Below, in pieces: positions 53,786-62,701 of a DNA stretch of 64,000 nucleotides. The notes beneath the pieces are model-generated. The model made no database searches and was not told the origin of the DNA. It worked only from the letters and a program-made list of their open reading frames with translations. The DNA is from Pelagomonas calceolata (Eukaryota). Within the stretch, counting starts at the first letter, position 1. The number at the start of each line of letters is the position of its first letter. The translations under genes were made by a program, and so were the position numbers. The DNA lies in assembly GCA_918797485.1 (NCBI GenBank), contig CAKKNE010000006.1, positions 3,286,001 to 3,350,000 on the forward strand, written 5' to 3'.

Positions 53786-55115
53786 ATGGGCAAGTACACG
53801 GCCTCCGACGGCAAGGAGTTCGACACGAAGCGCGAATGGCGCAAGTACGAGATGCTCCTCATGTACACCTTCAAGGAGCAGACGGGCCACACCTTCGATA
53901 TGAAAAAGCCCGGAGACGTCAACGGCCAGCAATTTGATATGATGAACCTGACGAAGTAGGATCTCGGCGTCCCACGTCGGTGCCTTCACTTCCATACGAC
54001 TCGTCTCCAGGAGTGATGGCCGTGGGTGGTCTGTTTTTCGAATTTGGGGTCAATCGTGATGCTCCGCGCAGGTGCGAAGCGGTGGTGGCCGACAGCACGG
54101 ACATGGTCCAGATCGACGAGTGTATCGATTGCAAGGTGTTCCTCGGGGCCTCTGGTGAAAGTGTTTTTATCAGAGACTGCAAGGGGTGCACGTTCTATGT
54201 CGCGTGTAAACAACTCAGATTAAGGGACTGCCACGACTGCAAGTTCTCCCTGTATTCGCAGACGGAGCCCGTCATCGAGACGTCCGATGGGATCGTATTC
54301 ACGCCCTTCGCGGGAGGGTTCGACGGGCAAGAACAATGTATGCGTTCCGTGAATTTGGACCCTTCCATTAACTTCTGGTGGGGGATTTTTGATTTCAACG
54401 ACGAGGCGAAGACGGTCCGTGACTCAGTGTTGTGAATGAACTTGAACTTGATCCGGTGGAGACGATGGCGTCTTCATGAAGCCACGTCGCCTCGACGCCG
54501 TCGACGTGTCCGCGCGCGAGTCTACGCGTCTCGCGACCGCGTCGTTCCACGCAGGGCAAGAACTTTAAAGTAGTGAACGTGCCCATGGAGCCCTGGTGGC
54601 CGCTCGGTGAGGCTTCCCAGGTATGTGAACAGACCGCTCCCAATAGTGCGACGCTGCCTTCCACGCTCACTGATGATGGCGGTGGTCACGGCGGCCCGTC
54701 ACAAATGAACTCCTTCAAGATCGGCACGAGCGCCGAGGACGCCCAGAACAAGGTCGACTCGCAAGCGCCGCCGCCGCCGCCAGACTTGGAATTAATTCCC
54801 GACGAGGTCCAGAAGCCCGCGGCGGACTGGACGGCCTTCCGGGTCGGGGTTCGGTACGATCCTCCACTATTAGCTCTGGAGTGGAAAGGAAATGAGAAAA
54901 CTCTGAGGAAGGACATCCCGTTTCCCGAGGTCACGGAGTTGGCGGCTTTGGTGGCGGAGGTCGCCGACGACGAGTGCGCCGCCGCGGTCTTAGATCACAT
55001 GGTGAAGACGCACGGCGCGCAGTGGTTGGATTTTGAGAAGTTCTTCTCGAAGAAGCAGGTCTTACGGCTGGTGGACATGGTCCTCCAGGGCGGGCCGGAC
55101 TCGGTGGAGATGTAG
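53786..55115 (+). CDS. RP2: XRP2/TBCC-domain protein with C-terminal CEP19-like domain; join(53786..53955,54072..54414,54555..55115)
   Basis: 'KKPGDVNGQQF', 'VQIDECIDCKVFLG...SVFIRDC...ACKQLRLRDC...PVIETS', 'WWGIFDFN'; two GT-AG introns restore the frame. Confidence 0.75.
54415..54554 (+). repeat. Repeated intron family 2, copy a (140 nt GT-AG intron)
   Basis: Shares tcgcctcgacgccgtcga, gagtctacgcgtctcgcga and tcgttccac(g/a)cag blocks with intron 56396-56557. Confidence 0.8.
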
Positions 55116-55401
55116 GCATCGGTGGCGTAAGGTCTTTCCCTTTACCTTGTCGCGGCGACGGCCCGGGGACGCGTTTATTTTGCTAGTGTCTTACTGCGCT
55201 AGCCCACGCATACGCTGCTTTTGGATCGGCTTGCGCGCGCACGCTACGGGCCGCGCAGCACTTGGAGAACTGTGGGACGTCAACGTTTTGCTATCTCTTC
55301 CGCACGAGACCGTTGGTTTTGCTGCAAATAGCGCGAGCGCACGCATTGCATCTCACACTGTAGCCTGCATCTATTCGTCGCAGCAGTCAAGGGCTCGCAC
55401 C

Positions 55402-57114
55402 ATGATGCGCCGCCGCGCGACGCTCCTCCTCCAGGCCGGCGTCCTGCAAGCGCTCGTGATGCCCCGACAACCACCCATCAAAACAGCATTGCGAGCCGCC
55501 CCGGACATGGAGGACCTCACGCGACGAGTGTTTTGTAGCCGAGAACTAAACATGGCGAACATCGAGGCCGTGGGCTTCGACATGGATTATACGTTAGCGC
55601 AGTACAACGAGGCCTTCGACATGCTGGCGTTCGAAGGCGCAAAAGATAAGTTAATCGACATGGGCTACCCCAGCGAAGAGATACAAAAATTCAAGTTCGA
55701 CCCCCTGCAGCACACGCGTGGGTTGGTCATAGATAAGCGACGCGGAAACATCCTGAAGATGGATAGACATAAATATGTACGAAGGGCCTACCACGGGACG
55801 AGGGAGCTATCTAGAGCAGAAAGAAAAGCCCAATATATCTTAGATGCGGGCGCGACGCCGACGTTCGTCGGCAACGATTATGTGAACGTCGACAGTCTCT
55901 TCCAGTTGGTCGACGCGTCGCTATTCGCGCAGCTCGTAGATGTATTAGACGAGGGCGGGCCGTCGTATGCCCAAGCGTTTCGGGACGTGAGGCATGCGGT
56001 GGACTTGTGTCATCAGGACGGCGTCATCAAGGACCAGGTCGCGATTGAACCATCTAAATACATAATACCAGATGATAACTTGGTACCCATGTTGACACAA
56101 TATCGATTGGCAGGCAAGAAAGTGTTCCTACTCACCAACAGTTTATTTGACTACACGAACGTGGTCATGAACTTTCTAGTGGGGAAGGATGTGAATGATA
56201 GGGCCTGGGTCGATCTCTTCGACGTTGTTGTGGTCGGTGCCGGCAAGCCCGCCTTTCTGGGGGATGGTCGACGGGACATGCTGCGCGTCGACGCTGGCAC
56301 GAACATGGGCACGCTCCATAATTTTGTAGGGAAGCCCGTGTCGGAGGTCGGCGGCCCCGCCTTCCTGCAGCGCGAGGGAAAGATCTTCCAGTCCGGTGCT
56401 GACTCGGCGTCCGTTTCCGACCGTTTCTGAACTTCAAGGTCGCGTCGATGGCGTCGACGTGATGCCACATCGCCTCGACGCCGTCGATGCGGCCGCACGA
56501 GAGTCTACGCGTCTCGCGAGAGCTGCGGCAGTTCCGCGACGGAATCGTTCCACACAGGTACCTGGAAGGAGCTCCACGAGATGCTCGAAGTCGGTTCCGG
56601 CTCGGAGGTGCTGTATGTCGGCGACCACATGTACGGCGACATGATCCGCTCCAAAAGATCGCTGGGCTGGCGGACGACGCTGATCGTGCCCGAGCTCGAG
56701 CCTGAACTCGTGCTGGACGCTCAGTTGGACTTGCCATTACGTCATGTGGTAGCAGAGAAGGAGAAAGAATGCGAAGAAGCGGAGCTGGCCGTGCAAGAAT
56801 TGCGTTTATCTTTATTATCGCAGGGTCTGGATTTTCTTGAATCTGACGAGAGAGAAGCATTAGAAAAAGCACAGGAGGAGTCGCGAGAAGCTCTGAAGGA
56901 GGCGAGGGACGCCTTGCACCGGGCCTACCACCCCCACTGGGGCCCGCTCTTTAGATCGGGCAACCAGGCGTCGAGGTTCGCGAAGCAGGTCGTGGACTAC
57001 TCCTGCATTTATACCTCAAGAGCGTCGAATTTGTTAGCGACGTCGCCCTCGCGGACCTTCCGGCCGCCTTCCGACTTCATGCCGCACGACGATGATGAGC
57101 GGCCGCCCATGTAA
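55402..57114 (+). CDS. HAD-superfamily 5'-nucleotidase (cN-II/NT5DC family), probably organelle-targeted; join(55402..56395,56558..57114)
   Basis: 'VGFDMDYTLAQY', 'KVFLLTNS', 'LYVGDHMYGDM', 'GWRTTLIVPEL', 'WGPLFRSG'. Confidence 0.92.
56396..56557 (+). repeat. Repeated intron family 2, copy b (162 nt GT-AG intron)
   Basis: Homologous to intron 54415-54554; splicing gives FQSG|TWKELH. Confidence 0.8.
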
Positions 57115-57117
57115 ATA

Positions 57118-57648
57118 CTAAGTCTTATGGTAGTCACTCTTGCCCCCCGTCTTTTCGATGAGTCGCAGGTCCTCCACTCTTATGGAGTGACTGAGGGCCT
57201 TGGTCATGTCGTAGACGGCTAATGCCGCGATTGAAGCTCCAGACAGAGCCTCCATCTCGACCCCAGTTCTGTGAGTTGTGGTGACCGCACAAGTCACCTC
57301 CAACGCAAGCTCCTGCTCCTCGAAGGACACGTCGCACGCGTCGAGCGCGACGGGATGGCAAAACGGTATGAGTGAAGAAGTTCTCTTCGCCCCTTGGACG
57401 CCGGCGACGACGGCCGTCGCCAGGACCGGGCCCTTCTTTCCAGCGAAGCCGCTCGCGGTTAACGTGTCCCAGGCATCCCGCGGGAAGACGACGCGGCACC
57501 TTGCAATAGCTTTGCGCGTCGTCGTCGTTTTGTTCGACACGTCGACCATGCGCGGCAGGCCTTTGGTCGCGTCGACGTGGGAGAGCGTCTTCGACGACAA
57601 AGCGCGGTGGCTTGCGCGCCGCGCAACAATGGTACAGCAGCGCTGCAT
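57118..57648 (-). CDS. moaC: Cyclic pyranopterin monophosphate synthase (MoaC/CNX3)
   Basis: 'LSHVD...MVDVSNK', 'AKRTSSLIPFCHP', 'TGVEMEAL', 'YDMTKA', 'EKTGGKS'. Confidence 0.95.
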   Translation of the reverse strand: MQRCCTIVARRASHRALSSKTLSHVDATKGLPRMVDVSNKTTTTRKAIARCRVVFPRDAWDTLTASGFAGKKGPVLATAVVAGVQGAKRTSSLIPFCHPVALDACDVSFEEQELALEVTCAVTTTHRTGVEMEALSGASIAALAVYDMTKALSHSIRVEDLRLIEKTGGKSDYHKT

Positions 57649-58001
57649 CGTGTGTGCAGGGTGTCAAAGCGATCCGAAACGCCGCTGGAGCGTCGTCTGC
57701 GATCTGTATTTGACTTTTACGTGCGTTTGACGATCTGTGTTATGCCGCGGCGGGCGCACTAGTGCAGCTTGGCGGCTGCACCTCGGGCAGCTCTGCGCAG
57801 CGTCGAGTGATGCCTCCGAGACGCGCAGCTCTCTGACACAAGACCGATCTCCAACAGTCACATATGTTGGGGCATTGGTCGAAAAGCGCGTTTGTTATCC
57901 GGTAACGCGCCTCGCGCGCGCGTTTCAGCCCTGTGGTAAAGAACGCTCTCTGGGCTTTCATTTGCTCCCGCGCCGCCGGCTGACGCATCAGGATAGGCAG
58001 G

Positions 58002-59879
58002 ATGCGGTCCCTCGTCTGCGCACTACTGTTGCTCGCATGCTACGCCGTCGACGCGCTCTGCAGCGAGACGCGCGACCCGGTCGGCTGCGTCGCGAAGGGG
58101 TGCACGTGGTGCGCCGCCGCAACGCACCGCGGCTGCAGTCGGAGCGGCGGTGCGTGCCCAAAGCACTGCAGCACGACCAAGCACCTCGGTGACCTGGCGT
58201 CGTGTCCCGACCTGCCGGTCACACGAGTTTCGGCGACCGATGCGGGCCCGACCGTAGGCGCCGCAGGGCCTGACACGTCGGCCATAGCGTCCTCGGTCCT
58301 GGTGTCCGGCCCTAGCTCGCCCGTCGGCGTCGGCGTGGGCTTCAGCGGCGGCGGCTCACGCGCGTTCGCGTGCACGTTCGGCTGGGTCCGCGCGTTGCGC
58401 GACCTCGGGCTCTGGCACGCGAACCTGACGGTCGCCGGCATCTCAGGGGCGGCCTGGTTTTTGGCCCCGTTCGCGTACGCGACCGCGGACGAGGCGGCGC
58501 TCTTAGGCGAATACCTCGAGCCGGAGCGCCTCTCGGCCAAAATGGTCGCGGCGTCCGGCGGCAGCATGGCCTCGTTACCCGGTCCGATCATCGCGAAATG
58601 CACAGCGCGCCTCCTCGGCGTCCTCGGGACGCTCGACAGCGAGGGTCTCGGGCGCATCTGGCGCGACGTTATTGATTCTACATTCCTCAAACCGTTGGGA
58701 GTGGTGGGAACGCGGCCGGTCGCTGCCTCTGCGGCCGCAGCCGCCGATCTGAAGCGGCGAAACCCCGGGACCTTTGATCGGAAGCTTTATAAGCCGCTCG
58801 TGCCGCGCAACGCGAGCGCACCGGTGCCCATTATGCTCGGCGCGCTGGAGGGCCCCGCCTCTATAGCGCCGCTCAAAAGTGACGCGCCGTACTTTTCACT
58901 CGCAATGGGGCCTAATTGGGCGGGCGTGCCCGGCGCCCGGCGCGTCACCTACACGTCTCGACGGAAGAACCACACGGAAACGGTCGCGGTGGGTGGTTTT
59001 GTCGAATCCTGGGCGTTGGGGGCGATACCATTCCTCACCGTCGAGCAGACGATGCCGCGGGGACGGCGCCGCGTCGATGGCGTCGGGGAACACGTCGAAG
59101 TCGCGTTGGGCACGGCACCCACCGGCATCGCGGACTCGCTCGGCATCGCGTCGATGGCGCCGGCGCGGCTTTTTCTGGAGAGCCTGCCGCCGATTGGCCG
59201 CGCCATCTCGGCGGGCACGGGCTTCCTCGACACGGTGCCTACCGTCCGCGTCTGGGCGTCCTCCGTCGACGAGGCGCCGACGACGCCTCCCCTCCAAGCC
59301 GTCGGCGACGGCGGCGACCTGAGCAACACCGGCGCGCCGTATTTGCTCCAGCGCGGCCACGACCGCCTGGTGATATTTGATTGCGCCGAAACTCCTCTTA
59401 ACGTGTCCTGGGACCCGCGCGCGCGGTCGCCGACGACGACGGACGTCGACGCCTATTTGCCGCCGCTCTTCGGTCTCCGGTCTCGCGGAGACAAGGGCGT
59501 CGAGGCGGAGACCGCCCGCAATCACGTGTTCGACACCGAGGGTTTCCCGCGGTTGGTCGAGGCGCTCCAGGCGGCGGCCAGGAGCGGCTTCGGCGCCGTG
59601 GCGCGCGTGGCGCTCACGACAGTGCGCAACGACTTCTTCGGCGTCGAGGCCGGGCGCGCCGTCGACGTGACGCTCGTTTATTTAGATCTCCCGAAACGAT
59701 GGGTCGACGCGCTCCCGAAGGAGACGGTCAAGGCAATCCGCCGCTACCGAGGATTCCCGGAGACGCCGACGATCTCGGACCTCGACCTTACGCGGAGCGA
59801 GGTGTCGCTGCTCGCGCAGCTCTGCTCCTGGGTCGTCCGGCAGCACGCGGACCTGCTCCGCGACGCGTTGTTGTACTAA
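58002..59879 (+). CDS. Secreted lysophospholipase/patatin-like (cPLA2-type) hydrolase
   Basis: Signal peptide, Cys-rich N-terminus, 'FSGGGSRA', 'GISGAAW' nucleophile motif, 'DGG'. Confidence 0.7.
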   Translation: MRSLVCALLLLACYAVDALCSETRDPVGCVAKGCTWCAAATHRGCSRSGGACPKHCSTTKHLGDLASCPDLPVTRVSATDAGPTVGAAGPDTSAIASSVLVSGPSSPVGVGVGFSGGGSRAFACTFGWVRALRDLGLWHANLTVAGISGAAWFLAPFAYATADEAALLGEYLEPERLSAKMVAASGGSMASLPGPIIAKCTARLLGVLGTLDSEGLGRIWRDVIDSTFLKPLGVVGTRPVAASAAAAADLKRRNPGTFDRKLYKPLVPRNASAPVPIMLGALEGPASIAPLKSDAPYFSLAMGPNWAGVPGARRVTYTSRRKNHTETVAVGGFVESWALGAIPFLTVEQTMPRGRRRVDGVGEHVEVALGTAPTGIADSLGIASMAPARLFLESLPPIGRAISAGTGFLDTVPTVRVWASSVDEAPTTPPLQAVGDGGDLSNTGAPYLLQRGHDRLVIFDCAETPLNVSWDPRARSPTTTDVDAYLPPLFGLRSRGDKGVEAETARNHVFDTEGFPRLVEALQAAARSGFGAVARVALTTVRNDFFGVEAGRAVDVTLVYLDLPKRWVDALPKETVKAIRRYRGFPETPTISDLDLTRSEVSLLAQLCSWVVRQHADLLRDALLY

Positions 59880-59890
59880 TAGTATGCTTG

Positions 59891-60685
59891 TTACCAAGGT
59901 ACTTGCCTTCCATCGTAGTCGATGAATGACCCGGACGCCGACGCGTTCAGCGCAGCGATGCGCCGGAAGAGGCCCGCCGCGGACACGGTGGCGACGACGT
60001 CGCCGCGGTCACCTGTCATGGGTGTCGCCACGTACCCAGGATGCAACAATACGACGGACATACCTTTTGGCCGCAGGTCCACGGCGAGCGAGCGGCCCGC
60101 GGCGTTGAGGGCCGACTTGCTCATGCGGTAGGCGTAGTTCGCGCCGAGTCGCGTGTTCGAGGCGACGGAGCCGAGCTTCGAGGAGACGAAGGCGATCTTC
60201 GCGCCGGTCCCGAGGAGGCCCTCCTTGAGGCAGGCTTCCGTGAGGCGCAGCGGCCCGACCGCGTTGATCTCGAAGGCTCTAGCTACGAGGCCATAGTCCA
60301 ACGATCCAAGGGTCATCGGCTCCGTCGTGCCCGGGTAGACTACAGAAGACAGCTGCCAGGTCGCGACGCCGGCGGCGTGGACCAGGACATCGACGGCCGT
60401 CCGCTGCCGCTTCAGCCCGTCGACGAAGGCGTTCACCTTCTCGGGACTCGTCACGTCGAGGCCGAGCAGGACCTTCACGCGATTCGCGACGCTCGCTTTT
60501 GATACTAACTGGTGGACGTGGGCGCTCCGGCTGCGGCACGCGGCGACGACGTCGTAGCCCGCGCGGGCGAATTGCACGACGAGCTCGGCGCCGATGCCGC
60601 CGTTCGCACCAGTAATTAAGGCGACGGCGCCGCGGGCAGTGTGCGTCGTTATGACGAGGAGCAGGCAGCGCAACGCGCGGCGCAT
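59891..60685 (-). CDS. Short-chain dehydrogenase (C-factor/CsgA-like SDR)
   Basis: 'LITGANGGIG', 'YRMSKSALN', 'LHPGYVATPM', 'FIDYDGRQVPW'. Confidence 0.9.
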   Translation of the reverse strand: MRRALRCLLLVITTHTARGAVALITGANGGIGAELVVQFARAGYDVVAACRSRSAHVHQLVSKASVANRVKVLLGLDVTSPEKVNAFVDGLKRQRTAVDVLVHAAGVATWQLSSVVYPGTTEPMTLGSLDYGLVARAFEINAVGPLRLTEACLKEGLLGTGAKIAFVSSKLGSVASNTRLGANYAYRMSKSALNAAGRSLAVDLRPKGMSVVLLHPGYVATPMTGDRGDVVATVSAAGLFRRIAALNASASGSFIDYDGRQVPW

Positions 60686-61000
60686 CCTTATCTGCTGCCC
60701 GGCGGTACGTGTGCGCGCGGCTGGTCTCACGCTGCCTTTTGCTGTGTGTCCGAGCCGCGCGCCCGCGAGCGGCGGCTCCTGCTTGCTGCCCGCGCCTGTT
60801 GAGGGTGGCTGGAGGCTGCCCGCCTCGCGAATTGTGCCGATCTTTGCCGTAGCGCGGGAGGCCAAGCGCTGTGCAGAGCGCCAGGCTGGACAGCCAGTTG
60901 GCGCCCCCCAATCTCTGGCGGTCGGACGCCGCGCGGGGCCACGCCCGTTTGTTTGCGGCGTCGAGGAGCTCTCTTCGACGGCGCCCCCGACGGCCCGAGT

Positions 61001-61079
61001 GGGCAGCGCCCGCGTGGGCGGCGCCCCCAGCAGACGGTCGTGACCGACCGAGGGCAGCGCCTGCGTGGGCGGCGCCCCC
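61001..61079 (+). repeat. 28-bp direct repeat (2 copies, 51-bp period) in a divergent promoter
   Basis: gggcagcgcc(c/t)gcgtgggcggcgccccc at 61001-61028 and 61052-61079. Confidence 0.85.
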
Positions 61080-61085
61080 GAGAAG

Positions 61086-62648
61086 ATGATGCGCTACGCT
61101 TTGCTGGTGGCGCTCGTCCGGGCGAGCAGCCACTGGCTCGACGCCTACGAGCAGCGGGGCTACTTCGTGCTGCCGCGCGTCTTCTCGGGCGCGCGGCTGA
61201 TGCACCTGCGGGCCGCGGTCGCGCGGTACCTCCGCGACCACGGGAAGGATCATGAGTACATGATGCGCGGCGAGAAGCTGGGCGGCTGGTGCGCGTCAGT
61301 GCATAAATCAAGTCGTCGCGTCTCCGCGCGGCCGTGTTATCGCGGAGACACACAGGTTCGTGCCCGGCATCGAGCGCATCGACCAATTAAAAATCTTCGA
61401 GGCCGAGGTCGCGAGGGACGAGCGGCTGGCGAGGATATTAAGAAGAATACTGGGAGACGACTTTAAGCTCCTGGAACGGAGCGAGATCTACGTGTCGAGG
61501 ATCGGCAACTGGCACTCCGACGACTTGTACGACGCCTTTGATTTGTACGCGACATCATTACCGTACGTCGCCGAGGAGTGGTGCCCGCCGACGGGCCCGA
61601 AGAGGCCGCCGCCCCTCGCGAAGCCCAACACGCGCGCCGCCCCGCCGAAGGACGACGACGAGCTCTGCGCGCAGGGCATGGAGTATGGCTTCGGGAAGGC
61701 GACGACGTTCTGGGCGGGCGAAGGCACCGCCCACGAGCGGCGGGTGACGACGGTCGCCGTCTACCTCGAGGACCACGCCGACAACGAGGGCGGGCTGTCC
61801 GTGGCGCCCGGGAGCCACCGGAACGCGAGCGTGCACGGCGACACCGTCGCGCGATTGGATCCGTGGAGCCCGTCGCACCGGCCCGAGGCCGAGACGCCCT
61901 TCGATTTGATACGGAGCGGCGCGGGCGACGCCGTCGTCTTCGACTCGCGGCTGGTGCACCGGGGCCCGCGCGACGACGTCGCCGACTTCAAGCGGGAGCT
62001 GAGCCGGTCGAGGCGGACGGTGGCGACCTGTGTGGAAACCAACCAGTGCGTCGGGTGCACCCGACAATTCTTCACTAAGTCATTCCTCGGCGATGACGCT
62101 GCCGTGCTGGCTCCGTCGAGCGGTGAGGAACCGGCACCGCCACGCCATCGAGCACGCGCAACGCGCCGTAAAATTTTGATTTCCACACAGGTGGCGACAT
62201 TTTCGTTCGGGCGGAACAACGCAGTGTCCGAGGCTGTGTGGAAATCAACCAGTGCGTCGGGTGCAATTCTTCACTAAGTCATTTCCCGGCGATGACGCGG
62301 CCATCCTGGCTCGGTCGAGCGGTGAGGAACCGGCATCACCACGCCATCGAGCAGGCGGCGCGTCGATGGCGTGGAGGTCGACGCGAAGATTCAGCACGAA
62401 CGCGCCGTAAAATTTTGATTTCCACACACAGGTCCGAGGCCTTCTCGCGGGGCATGCGCTTCCGCACGGACATGCTCTTCAACGGCAGCATCTGCGGCGC
62501 GCAGCGCGACAAGAATGGGGATCCGGACTTCGGCGCGCCGTGCGCGTTCGACGCCGTCCGCGAGGACCTGGCGCGGCGGCCGCTGCGGGGCGTGCCGGAC
62601 GGGAGGCCGTTCCTCGAGGCCCGCCGGGACCTGGCTCGGAGGCGATGA
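61086..62648 (+). CDS. PhyH-like 2OG-Fe(II) dioxygenase; join(61086..61288,61356..62019,62191..62225,62432..62648)
   Basis: 'YEQRGYFVLPRVF', 'WHSD', 'GGLSVAPGSH', 'AGDAVVFDSRLVHRG'; three introns restore the frame. Confidence 0.8.
62028..62190 (+). mobile_element. Introner element copy 6 (GT-AG intron 62020-62190, 171 nt, phase 0, stop-free)
   Basis: Perfect TSD gtggcgac at 62020-62027 and 62191-62198; both TIRs present. Confidence 0.95.
62234..62431 (+). mobile_element. Introner element copy 7 (GT-AG intron 62226-62431, 206 nt, phase 2)
   Basis: Perfect TSD gtccgagg at 62226-62233 and 62432-62439; right TIR has an extra CA unit. Confidence 0.95.
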
Positions 62649-62701
62649 CACGAGTAATTACCATCGGATGGACCATTGCGGGGCGGGCGGAGGCGAAGCG
62701 A

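Noticed and set aside
59040..59100. Possible hidden introner in the phospholipase CDS
   Set aside because: Only the 14-mer core matches; no TIR, TSD or CAG acceptor
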